A program made the translations under genes and the position numbers. This document shows positions 11,959 to 22,965 of a stretch of 64,000 bases of DNA, piece after piece. Positions within the stretch are counted from its first letter, which is position 1. Each line of letters opens with the position of its first letter. Origin of the DNA: Elsinoe ampelina (Eukaryota); assembly GCA_010093995.1 (NCBI GenBank), contig ML992512.1, positions 725,781-789,780 of the forward strand, written 5' to 3'. A model generated the notes under the pieces. It searched no databases, was not told the origin of the DNA, and saw nothing but the letters and a program-made list of their open reading frames with translations.

Positions 11959-12178
11959 TGCGTTGCACCAACCAGAAGGCCAATTGGGCCAAATGGCGGT
12001 GGGCAGAGCCAGCTCCGTTTTTCAGGGACCGGACTTTCGGGCCGACGATGCCGTCGATAGCCTCGCGGTCAGGAGTCCAAGGAGAGCTCCACCACGACTT
12101 CGTTCTCTTCAAGGGATAGGGGATTCGTGGGGGACTCATCGTGTTTCCTACAAATTGTCAAGGGCGAGCGTCTTCATC

Positions 12179-15100
12179 ATGGCTCGCCAAATCTCACATT
12201 CACGACTCTGGGTGTTCCTGGCTGCGTTCCTGTTTCTTCTTAGCTACGTTTCGCTACCAGCTTGTAAGTCGCTCCTCGAGTACATTTGCTACACTAGCAA
12301 AAGGAGTACAAGACCACCTTCTGGAATGTCTGCTAATAGTCACAGATGCCGTCAAGAAAGACAACTTTAAAACCTGCGACCAGTCAGGCTTCTGTAAACG
12401 GAATCGAGCATATGCCGACACAGCATTGGGATCCTCATCATGGTCAGCGCCTTATGCACTGGACTCTGGCTCGCTCAAGTTCAACAAGGGAAAGCTGACC
12501 GGCACCATTCTGAAGACTCTGAAGAACTCCGAAAAGGTCAAGTTGCCAATCACGATCACCTTCCTTGAATCCGGAACAGCACGAGTGACCGTGGACGAAG
12601 AGAAGAGGCAGAAGGGAGAGATCACACTACGTCATGACTCCAAGGCGAGGAAGGAAAGATACAACGAGGCTGCTTCGTGGGCGTTGATAGGAGATCCGGA
12701 AGTCAGCAAGGGCGCCGCGATCAACAAGGAGTCTCCATCTGGCGAGACACGTGTGGTTTACGGACCTGGCAGCAAATTCGAGGCAGTCATCACTCATTCT
12801 CCTTTTGCCATGGAGTTCAAGCGAGATGGCTCTACACAAATCAAATTCAACGACCGCGGTCTTCTCAACTACGAACACTGGCGGCCAAAAGTTGACAAAC
12901 CTACCGAGGAGAAGAAGGAAGGCGAGGAGACACCTGCCGCAGAAGTCAGCAAGGACGAAGAGGATGAAAGCACATGGTGGGAGGAAAGCTTTGGTGGCAA
13001 CACTGATAGCAAGCCTCGAGGACCAGAAAGTATCGGCTTGGACATCACTTTTCCTGGCTACGCTCATGTTTATGGCATCGCGGAACACACTGGACCTCTG
13101 TCGCTGAAGCAAACCCGGGGTGGTGACGGCAACTATGACGAGCCCTACCGCATGTACAACGCTGATGTATTCGAGTACGAGATGGACAGCCCCATGACAC
13201 TTTATGGATCGATCCCGTTCATGCAAGCCCAGAAGAAGGACTCGACTGTCGGAGTCTTCTGGTTGAATGCTGCTGAGACTTGGGTGGACATCACAAAGGC
13301 CACGACTGCCGCCAACCCGCTCAGTCTCGGCGTGCCGGCGCAGACCACCACTCACACTCACTGGTTCTCCGAGTCAGGACTGCTGGATGTTTTCGTCTTT
13401 CTAGGACCGAAGCCACAAGATGTCATTGGTGCATACACTGATCTCACTGGATACACTCAGCTGCCGCAATCCTTCGCCATCGCCTACCATCAATGCCGGT
13501 GGAACTACGTCACTGACACGGATGTCAAAGATGTGGATAAGAAGTTCGATCGTGCAAACATTCCATACGACATTATCTGGCTCGACATTGAGTACACTGA
13601 TGGCAAGAAATACTTCACCTGGGACCCTGATAATTTCCCTGATCCAGTCAGTATGCAGAACCAGCTTGATGAGAATGAGAGGAAGCTCGTCGTCATTATT
13701 GACCCGCACATCAAGAATACCGATAGCTACCACGTTGTCGAGGAGTTGAAGAACAAGGGGCTTGCTACCAACAACAAGGATGGCAATATCTATGAAGGAT
13801 GGTGCTGGCCAGGATCTTCGTACTGGATTGACGCCTTCAACGAAAAGGCTCGCAAATGGTGGACTGAACTCTTCCAGTATGCCAGCTTCCCTCACAGCAA
13901 GCCGAACATGTGGTTGTGGAACGATATGAATGAGCCTTCGGTGTTCAATGGACCAGAGACCACCATGCCAAAGGACAATATCCATCATGGTGGCTGGGAA
14001 CATCGTGATGTCCACAATCTCAATGGCCTTACTTTCCACAATGCGACATATCATGCTCTTCTTGCCAGGGATAAGTCTGAGGAGAAGAAGGGAGGTGTGC
14101 GTCCATTCGTTCTGACTCGCAGCTTCTTCTCTGGAAGTCAGCGCGTTGGTGCTATGTGGACCGGTGACAATCAAGCCTCGTGGCCTCACCTTGCTGCATC
14201 CTTCCCCATGGTCCTTGGCCTAGGGATTTCTGGCTTCCCTTTTGCAGGCGCAGATGTAGGCGGCTTCTTCGGCAACCCTGAGCGGGAGCTACTGGTTCGT
14301 TGGTACCAGACCGGCATCTGGAATCCTTTCTTCCGTGCTCACGCACATATCGATACTCGTCGTCGCGAGCCATACCTCCTTCCCGACACCGAACGACAGA
14401 TCGTCACTCAAGCCATTCGCCTTCGCTACTCCCTCCTCCCATCATGGTATACCGCTTTCCACCGCGCCAGCATCGATGGCACTCCGATCGTCAAGCCAAT
14501 GTACTACGTCCACCCCGACGACGAGTCCTCCTTCGCCATCGACGATCAACTCTACCTAGGTAACACTGGCCTCCTCATCAAGCCCGTCACCACCGAGGGC
14601 AGCTCCAGCGTCGACATCTACCTCCCCGACTCAACCCCTTACTTCGACTACTTCGACTACACCCGCCACTCCGGCCGGGGCACCAAAACCATCGCCGCCC
14701 CACTCGACAAAATCCCCGTCCTCATGCGCGCAGGCCACATCTTCCCCCGCCGCGACCGCCCCCGCCGCTCCTCCGGCCTCATGAAGCGCGACCCCTTCAC
14801 TCTCGTGGTCGTCCTCCCAGACGACGGCGACGCATCGGGCGACCTCTACTTCGACGACGGTGAAAGCTTCGACTACCAAGCTGGCGCATACACATGGCGC
14901 AAATTCCGCTACACGGGCGCGACGCAGACGCTCATCAGCGAAGACCAAGGCAAAGAGGGGAAGAAGACGAAGGAGTACCTCAAGAGTATAGAGGGGATAA
15001 GGGTGGAGAAGATTGTGGTGGTGAACGCGCCGAAGAGCTGGAAGGGTAAGACGGAGGTGGCGGTGAGTGAGGAGGGGCTCAAGGGGAAGAGTGGTGAGGT

Positions 15101-15212
15101 GAGGAAGGTGGGGGTTGTATTTAACGAGGGAGGGAAGGGGAGGGCGGATTGGGCGGTGGTGAGGGATCCGAAGGTTGGGGTTGGGAGGGGGTGGAGCGTG
15201 GATTTCTCGTAG
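12179..15212 (+). CDS. gls2: ER glucosidase II alpha subunit (GH31); intron 12264-12345
   Basis: Signal peptide exon MARQISHSRLWVFLAAFLFLL. Motifs FKTCDQSGFCKRNR, WNDMNEPSVF (nucleophile), WTGDN and PFFRAHAH. Confidence 0.95.
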
Positions 15213-15667
15213 AAAACGGAGAAGAGGAGGGAGTCCTGCCAGTGTGGGATGTCGGGAAGTGTAGGATATGAATATTAGGGAAAAGTAGACTGTCATCATA
15301 TTATCATGCAGCTTCATTTGCCGCGCATGTGTGATCGCACGTCCATCTGCATTCTTGCAAGAGCATACACGATATGACGTGACGTATCCTTCAAGCCTCA
15401 TGCGCAGCGACGATGGCCAGGGCTGCGCATGGAGAGAGGAAAGCGCTTTGTTGACTATGTACCCCAGTCCGACTGCCACCACCTTACTCCCTTTCTCCCT
15501 CTTCCGACAAGGTATACGAGCGAGGCAAAAAAACGAGCCTACCACTGTGTATACCAACCCATTCCTTTCTCCAGCCCAGTACAACGCAAATTCGAGTCTC
15601 TCACCCCCTTCCCAGTCCCAGTGAAAGCCCCGCCTCTCCTACAACCCACCACCCCAGCCAAAAATGC

Positions 15668-15958
15668 AAAAAATCCGCCCCCCCTCTCGGGGAGTCGGAC
15701 ACAATTCAGCGCGCCAGGGACCGCCACCCGGTGGAGCCTGCACAGTTCAAATCCCCGCCTGCAGAATCCAGTCTCCAGATCCAGTGTATCCAGTGTCCAG
15801 TCTCCAGTCTCTGCAGACGGGAATCGAACTGTGGGCTCCGAAGGTGACGGTCCGCTCAGGACTAGATGCGCATTTTGATTTTGGCGCCGTACGACTGCGC
15901 CACTCCGCCCAGAGTGCCATGCACTTTACCCGGGGTGAGGACGATCGGCAGTACTTGC
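15668..15958 (-). ncRNA. Unidentified structured RNA candidate with Pol III-like signals
   Basis: Long hairpin (arms 15718-15765 and 15810-15853) whose substitutions become G-U pairs only on the minus strand. Terminal GNRA-capped hairpin at 15674-15699 followed by T6. B-box-like AGTTCGATTCCC at 15819-15830. TATA-like TTTATAAT at 15980-15987. The 5' end is approximate. Confidence 0.55.
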
Positions 15959-16094
15959 GAGGGGGGCAGGGTGGGAAGGATTATAAAGGTTGGTGCGAGC
16001 GGCTGGAGGGTGGCATGTGATTGCCGCTGCCTTGGGAGCGCTGGGGGGGTTGGGAGGGTAAGGGGGGTTTTTGGCAGGGAAGGGGATGTGATGT

Positions 16095-16865
16095 TCATCG
16101 TCGCGCGGCTTTTCGGAGGAGCGAGGAGATGGGGGCCACGGCGATGCGCGCGAACCAGGGGGTTGCCCAGATGCTGGCGATCAGGCGCGCGGGGAGGAGG
16201 ACTTTTGTGATGGCGTAGGCGGTGGCGAGCTCGATGATGATGCGGGCGCCTGTGCCAGCTTGGGTGTCGGCTGCGATGGTCCTGGGGTTTCGAGCTTCGA
16301 GGGATGGCTCTGATGTGATTGAGTTGAGCTTCTTCTCGAGTTGTGTGACACGGCTGTCAATTGGCTGGGTGATCTTTCCATCTTCCACGTAATCCCTTCC
16401 TTGCAATTCAGAAGTTGACTTTACGCCTGCTTCTCTTTCCACTTCATCTTCCTCGTCACCGCTGATCCATCCTTTCTTCCTTGCGTATCTTCCCCATTTC
16501 TTCACTCCTTCCTGAAAGTTCTCGCTTTCTTCCACTTTCTTCCTCCATCGTTCCAACCAGACTGCATTGGAGTAGTGGAATAGCGCAAAGAAGCCCGCCA
16601 GAGGGACGAGAGCGGTCAGCTCATGTAGGATGAGGAATGAGGTGACGTGTGACACTGGAGCGGACACAAGGGGAGCCAGGTATGGTCTCAGCCGCGGTGG
16701 AAGGCGAGCCTGAAGTCGTGCTAGTGCAGACACGCGATTGGTGGTGTCTGGACCTTGAGCTGTGCTGCCGGGAGGTGGAGTGCTGAAATGGCGGTGAGGT
16801 CTACGTGCTGGAAAGACGAGCTTCCAGCGATGAAGTTGAGGTCTACATCGCTGCATGAATTGCAT
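16095..16865 (-). CDS. FLILHELTA-family (Mrx11-like) mitochondrial protein
   Basis: Literal FLILHELTA motif, C-terminal ELATAYAITKVLLPARLIASIWATPWFAR and an Arg-rich presequence-like N-terminus. Confidence 0.85.
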   Translation of the reverse strand: MQFMQRCRPQLHRWKLVFPARRPHRHFSTPPPGSTAQGPDTTNRVSALARLQARLPPRLRPYLAPLVSAPVSHVTSFLILHELTALVPLAGFFALFHYSNAVWLERWRKKVEESENFQEGVKKWGRYARKKGWISGDEEDEVEREAGVKSTSELQGRDYVEDGKITQPIDSRVTQLEKKLNSITSEPSLEARNPRTIAADTQAGTGARIIIELATAYAITKVLLPARLIASIWATPWFARIAVAPISSLLRKAARR

Positions 16866-17153
16866 CGCAGGCCGTGATTGCGATGGTCAAAGACGAGACA
16901 GTGGTGGGATGAGGTTGACGTGAATTGCTCAGCTGGGGTTCGGCCCCACAGTTCCTTGGTTGTGGCTGCACTCAATCCATCTGGCATGCTGTTCACAGAG
17001 CAGAATATCTACAACGTTTCAGTTCAAGAGTAAAGGTCCTTATCAAGTCATGATCATGTATCTTCATATCGTGACGGCTGTCAAATCGGTTTGCCAAAGA
17101 CGTCTTCCCAGAAACGAAATTCCCTCCCATGGTCACCTGACCATCCCAAACAC

Positions 17154-18386
17154 CTACAACTCAGCATACGCCGCCCCCAGCACCGGACTAATCGCCGACC
17201 CCTTGTTCAATATGCCATCACTCGTCATGAAATAACTGTACCCTCCTACTTTCCCCTGCGTATCCATCCAATCCCCAACACTAGTCACAAAATCCGCCTT
17301 CTCCTGATCGGTCCCATCATTCAACCCGAACTCGGTGACCCAAACCTCGTCAATCCCGTACTTCTCCCCCAACGCGATCGTCTTATTCACCTGCAGCTGA
17401 AAGTTATACACCGCATTCTGCTTGTTCCCGTACCAATGCATGTTCAGGAAATCAACCGTGCAGTTGCCCGCGCACGCCTTGAGGAAGTTCTCCTGGTACG
17501 CGAGCCCCATGCTGCCCCCGCCGTTGGTCACCGCGGGGGACCCGATGAGGGCTTTGCCTTTGAAGGGGTTCATGTAGGCTTGGTGACCCGTCGCGGCCGC
17601 GGTGTAGGTGATGTCGCATTGGCCTTTCTGGTCGGGCTCGTTGAAGCCGAGGAGGCGCTTGGAGCCTTGCGAGATGGCTTTGTTGGCGTCGGTTGTCCAG
17701 GCGGATACGGAGAGTTTGGTCGGGCACCACATCATGGGGAAGTATTCCATTTCCGTGGGGACGTCGCCACGGGTGGTCCACCAGTTGTAGGTCCAGCCGA
17801 CGTTTTTGCCGGTCCAGGGGGTGAGTTGGCTGGGGTTGGTGAAGGAGAGACCTTTCTTCTTGGTGGATCCGGTGGGGGCAGATGGTGCCGGGGCGCTGCT
17901 GGAGGGAGTTGGGGCATAGGTGGAGGAAGGCGGAGCTGGAGCGGCGGTGGTGGCTGGTGGAGGACGGGTGGTGGGAATGGCGCTGGTAGGAAGGGCTGTC
18001 GTCGGCTCCGGGACTGGCTCCTCTGAGGTAGGCTCGACGGTAGGCTCAGCGGTTGGGTAAGCAGTTGGGGCATCTCCAGTGACTGTGACATCGGTGGTAG
18101 CAGTCACATCAGTAGTGACCACAGTGGTGACGATGACAGTCGAACCTCCAGGCACGTCAGTGACAGGGTCGACGGGGGCAACGACTGAAGTAGGGAACAG
18201 GCCACCAGTGCCGGTTCCAGAGCCGCCGGTCGGGAAGAAACCCCCAGTAGGGCGGAGAGAGCGAGTACGGGTCCTGAACCTGCTTCGCCATCGACCACCA
18301 CGACCACGGCGAGCGGTCGTGGACTGAGCAAAAGCGGTTGCCAGCAACACGCTGATGAGAAAGAGGCGGAATGACATGATCGACAT
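17154..18386 (-). CDS. Secreted GH128 (Asl1-like) beta-1,3-glucanase with long Thr/Pro-rich N-terminal region
   Basis: Signal peptide and motifs KKGL, WTYNW, EYFPMMW, LLGFNEPD, DFLNMHWY and VWVTEFG. Both catalytic Glu residues are present. Confidence 0.9.
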   Translation of the reverse strand: MSIMSFRLFLISVLLATAFAQSTTARRGRGGRWRSRFRTRTRSLRPTGGFFPTGGSGTGTGGLFPTSVVAPVDPVTDVPGGSTVIVTTVVTTDVTATTDVTVTGDAPTAYPTAEPTVEPTSEEPVPEPTTALPTSAIPTTRPPPATTAAPAPPSSTYAPTPSSSAPAPSAPTGSTKKKGLSFTNPSQLTPWTGKNVGWTYNWWTTRGDVPTEMEYFPMMWCPTKLSVSAWTTDANKAISQGSKRLLGFNEPDQKGQCDITYTAAATGHQAYMNPFKGKALIGSPAVTNGGGSMGLAYQENFLKACAGNCTVDFLNMHWYGNKQNAVYNFQLQVNKTIALGEKYGIDEVWVTEFGLNDGTDQEKADFVTSVGDWMDTQGKVGGYSYFMTSDGILNKGSAISPVLGAAYAEL

Positions 18387-18940
18387 GTTGCCTGCTGGAA
18401 ATGAATGTAATCAAGAGAAAAAGAGTGACTCTTGGGGTGAATGACGGCTGGGGAGACAAGGTTCGGGAGAGGCGCAAGTGAAAGATGATATACTTGCCCG
18501 GCATACTTACGAAAGAGACTGTGCTTGTGGCATGGTGGAGCAAGTCGGTGGCCACGTCCGTTGTCCCCTGTACGTTGCGAGCGGACCATTGCATGATGAG
18601 AGAAGGAGTCCGCCTTCAATTTCCACAGTGTAGTACAGATGCAAACAGAGTGCATGGGCCCGCGCAGGTACAGATCCGATTGACCCGTGCCAGGGGTACG
18701 AGTCGACAAGAAGGGCGCCTGTCCCCCAGCAAATTGATTCTAGGGCGGCGGCAACGGCGTACAGAGGTCACATCGTTTGTCTGGACGTGTTTCGAAAGAT
18801 GCAGACGAAAAGACATGGTTGTTTCAAGTACAATTAGCGTGTGGAGAGGGAAGGGGAAAGATGCGACCAGAACCTGCCCCTGCGTCGGAACAGCTTAGTC
18901 ACCCGTCAAACCCGTCTGGCTGGAAGAGCCGCATGCCGTA

Positions 18941-18994
18941 GACTGCATGAGAGACTGCGTGAGAGTCTGCATGAGAGCCTGCATGAGTCTGCAT
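18941..18994. repeat. Short imperfect 12-bp tandem repeat, about 4.5 copies of GnCTGCATGAGA
   Basis: gactgcatgaga gactgcgtgaga gtctgcatgaga gcctgcatga gtctgcat. Confidence 0.7.
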
Positions 18995-19157
18995 CGGACA
19001 TGCAAAAGCATAAATTCAGCTTGCGTAACCAAAAGGGACAGGGTGGATCAAAACATGCGTCCGCGGAGATATGCGTGGGTCGTGGACACGCTTCTATTGA
19101 CGCCGTCGCTAATGCCAAAGACCAGTAACATGCACGAGATGGTGCAAATCGTAGCCG

Positions 19158-22100
19158 CTACGACTTGTTCTCGCCCTCTTCCTTCTTTCCGTCGGACACT
19201 TCCTCCTTTTTCTGTCCCGTTTCTGCCGCTGTCCCTTCCACCTTGCGGCCTTTGACCTTGTCCACCAAGGCTTTTGCAATGTCCGCAAACCCCTCGATCT
19301 TACTGAGTCTGTTGTCAAACAATTCGGCATCACGCAGCAGGCTGTGAACGAAATTAGCACACGTACAGCCCACCATACTTCATCTGTACATACCTCTCCT
19401 GTCCCTTCTCCGTCTCCACCTTGACGTCGTCAAAGGCTGGCACCCACACCTCCTTGTAGCTGCTTGCGATCTGGCTCATGATGCTTGCCACGTCAATCTC
19501 AGTAAGATGCCGATTCAGCACCCTGTATAGTGTCCCAGTCTCCTTCGTCAGCGTTTCCATGTACTTGTTAGGCTCGTCTGTGCTATCCTTGTCAAACTCG
19601 ATCTTCCTCATGGCTGCGCTATGGGATCTGGCCCGTGCTGTCATGATTTCAACAAGCTTATCGTGTATACCCATTTGATGGTCTTGGAATAGCCGCTTGA
19701 CCTTGTCGAACTCCGCGAGCGATTCCGTACGGCCCCCAACGTGTCGACGGACGGCTTCTCTTATGTACGGCGTCAATGTGACTACGAAACTGAGTGCTTG
19801 TGATGATAACGCCAGATGTTTCGTGGTAATATTTTTCAATCCAGACACACGCGTCGCGCCAGCACCCAGGATCAGCTGTGATGACCGAGAATTGAAAGTC
19901 CGCAAGACCTCGGACAAAGCAGGTACCACAGTCGACGCAATGTTAGGTATCGAAGCTATGAGAGCGAGAAAGTCGTCCAGCGTGGGAAGAAGGGCTATGG
20001 CAGATGCGACAAGTATGAAGCGAGTCTCGTCGATATACGCGGGTTTCGCAGATGATTTCTTACCTTCGGTGCTTGTATCTGCTTTCGTTCCATTGGAGAC
20101 CGGCTGTCCGTTCTGCACTGGATCTGTGAAGTCTTCCCACACTCTTGTGCCTCGTGTCCAGATCGAGGGATCGGAGTTCATGCCATCCAAGATCCTTGAC
20201 AGGATGACCTGATCTTTGTCCTGAAAGTCTTGCGCCTCCCATTGGTCAGACTCTAGCTGTGTGGCAATCCTCTGGCTTTCACTCTCCGCCATGTTGGCCA
20301 CAAAAGCTGTGAGCTGAGTATTGAGGATGTTCTTCAATGTCTGTCCAGATCTTCCAGAGATGGCCTCACATTCATCTGCGAAGAAGCGCAAGAGCGTGTA
20401 GTAGCGAACGAATCGTGCAATCGGTAGCTTGTGTGTTTGCTCAGCTCGCACTTTCAGCACGCGAGTAATTTGTGTCTGAGCAACGTCCACGGCTTGGCCA
20501 AGCAGAGACGACAGGTCCAAAGCTTGAATCAAGTTGCCAGGCAATCCTGGTGAGCTCAGGGGGGGCGTGATTCCATTGGGCGCTCTGAGATGGCCATCAA
20601 TAGATACCGTACCTGGGAGAACAGGTGAAGAAGGCATCTCCGGGGACGCAGCGCGAGACGGCCGATCTGAGCTACTCGTCACATCCAGCAACACCTTCAC
20701 TTGTGAGGACAGTCTTCTGAGGGCTTCACTGACATCAGTGCAGACACCGACAAGGAGTAGTTCGGCATCAATCTCGTCCAGAGCCCGAAGGTTGCGTGCC
20801 AGAATTGCAGACTTCTCTTGCTGGCTCGAACTGCGACCACCTCTTGTGGCTACCGAGGTGACAGATTCGGCATCTTCGTCGTTGGAGCTTGGAAGATGCT
20901 TTCTAATCAATGCTTTCATCTCTTTCATGACGGTATCCCTGAAGGCGTCGGCAGCAGGATTGATGTAATCTGCTCTTTCTAGCCCAGCCAAGTCAGCTGA
21001 TACTGCTCTCCTGAACTCTTGGCCCGTGTCGAGATACAATGGTGGCCCAACAGAAAGCTTTTGATCACCTCGATGTCTCTGCGTTGCATTTGCCCATCGT
21101 TTGATCGTATCGTTTGCCGGCACACGGTCCACATGTGCTCGGAGATCTTTCATCAAGGTCTCGAGGAAGCGAGATTCGAAGCCTCTGCCTATCCTTGATT
21201 GCAGTTCTCGGACTCCAGATGTTAAACTTTGTAACACCTGCAATTCTCGCAGATCTATGAGCTCTGGCTCTGTATTCTGTTCGGTCTTGAGCTTGGCTGG
21301 AGATGAAGGTTCCTCGGTTTGACCACAGATTAGACGATCAGTCGCATCAATTCCGTCTGCAGCAGCATCAAAGTTCCCTTCACCTACAAGCTCCTCGCAG
21401 CGAACGACCTGATCAACGACTCTCTGCACCTGTTGTGTGGCTCTGTAAAGCTTGCCAATGTTTTTCCTACGTTGCCGCATCCGAGAAATCTCCAAACCGC
21501 CGAGTGCCATACCCCGATCGAGCTCAGCAAGATCTGCGCGAAGCTGCTGAATCTGCGCTGCCGACTCCTCCGCCTCACGCTGCAGGTCTCGTAGAGATCC
21601 TAATGCAGCGAAGAATGACGAAGATGCGGTGGATATGGAATTGATCAAATGTACCTCCACAGTATCCATGTACCACGAAAGCTTCTCTTGGAGAATAGCA
21701 TTGGTCGCAAGCGATTTCCGGGGAGGGAGCGTAGTGCCATTTGCGGCCTTCTCCTCGGCTACCGTGCCCGGGGGAGGTCGCACGATCTCGGCTCGTTCGC
21801 TTACAATGTCAAAAGTCCTCGGGTTTTCAAGATGGAAGTCTTCTTCAAAGTAAACATTCGGTACTGTAGTTAGGGGAGTTGGCTCGTTGTACTTGCGCCG
21901 CGAGTACCCGCTTGATCGTCTTCTGCCGCTCGGGCTTTCCACGACGGGCGACAAAGTCGTTGTCGATCCTTGTCGAGATGTTCCTGGTCGACCTAATTTC
22001 TCTACCGCCGGGGTGCCCGGAACGCTCCCGGTATCCTCTGCTCCGTTTGGCTTGCTCGTCGCATCTTTGTCCTCCCTCCTCCTATTTATACTGTCGAAAA

Positions 22101-22576
22101 GCGGTCCAATCTTCGAGAGATAGTCCTTGAAGGCCGATGTCTCCACATGAGGAATGTTCGTAAGAGTGACTGGTGGGATATCTCTTGTGGTGGGAGCCTT
22201 GTAGCCAGGGGTGACGCTCGCATTGTGGGGCAGCAGACCTGTTCGGACGATAGGAGGTTGCAGTAGATTAGAAATGGCTATAGAAGTCAGAACTGTCCAT
22301 CCGGTACCGTGGCCTGCAGTTACCATTTTGTCCTGTCTCCCCTACCGCGAGATCTGTCCGTGAAGGTCTACTGTCCAGGGACCCCCCAATGGATGTCATA
22401 GTCGATCCGAATGACGCGACGCTAGCATTTGATCCTCTCCTGATGCTTGGATTCCTCGAGCCACTCGGGTGCCGCTGACTTGTGTCAATTCGTGGGAACG
22501 GATATGAAGCATGCGCCGACAATGGTGAGAGGGCGGAGTCGAGGCTGTCGATGGACCTCCGATTTGAGGATGACAT
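19158..22576 (-). CDS. VPS54: GARP complex subunit Vps54; introns 22278-22323 and 19342-19393
   Basis: Motifs YFEEDFHLENPRTF, LQEKLSWYMDTVEVHL, FNSRSSQLILGAGA and KNITTKHLAL. Canonical introns join the three ORF pieces. Confidence 0.92.
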
Positions 22577-22822
22577 TGTACGGGACAGAACGCCAGCTCG
22601 ACCTGGGAAGACATGTGGAAGTGCCGCATTAGCTCCAGGAAATCAGCAACGACATTGGCGTCCAGATGGTAGAAGAAACACAGTTGCGATAAATCCTGGG
22701 AGTTGGGGATAGTTTACGTTGCTCACTTGACCCAGCACCTTGGAGCTCGGATCGGCCGCGCTAAAATCATCGAAATTCTGTCACTTTCGCTTCCGGCTTT
22801 TGCCAAATTGGATCAAATTGAA

Positions 22823-22859
22823 ACGCGACCTCGCGTGAGCTTGGCGCTCCAAGACGCGT
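22823..22859. promoter_or_regulatory. Cluster of MCB-like (ACGCGT/ACGCGA) G1/S elements upstream of MCM5
   Basis: ACGCGA at 22823-22828, TCGCGT at 22831-22836 and ACGCGT at 22854-22859, about 110-140 bp before the MCM5 ATG. Confidence 0.6.
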
Positions 22860-22965
22860 CCGCCCGCGGGGGGAAGCGCTGAACGAAGGGATAATTCCCA
22901 AGCTTGAAGCACACTGCTTTATACTGTTGCATCTACAACTACCTGCACAGACGACTCCAGTCACC

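Noticed and set aside
15275..15280. TTAGGG as a telomerase RNA template
   Set aside because: A single hexamer rather than ~1.5 repeats, and it lies outside the structured unit.
15766..15809. CRISPR-like repeat-spacer array
   Set aside because: Units are only 6-9 bp with no real spacers, the context is eukaryotic and there are no cas genes.
15744..15830. tRNA gene suggested by GTTCAAATCCC / GTTCGATTCCC words
   Set aside because: No T-stem, acceptor stem or cloverleaf. The two words pair with each other in a long hairpin.
17091..18026. Long antisense ORFs (this one, also 60380-61810, 13401-14189, 48252-49136)
   Set aside because: Shadows of GC-rich, codon-biased genes on the opposite strand with no recognisable domains.
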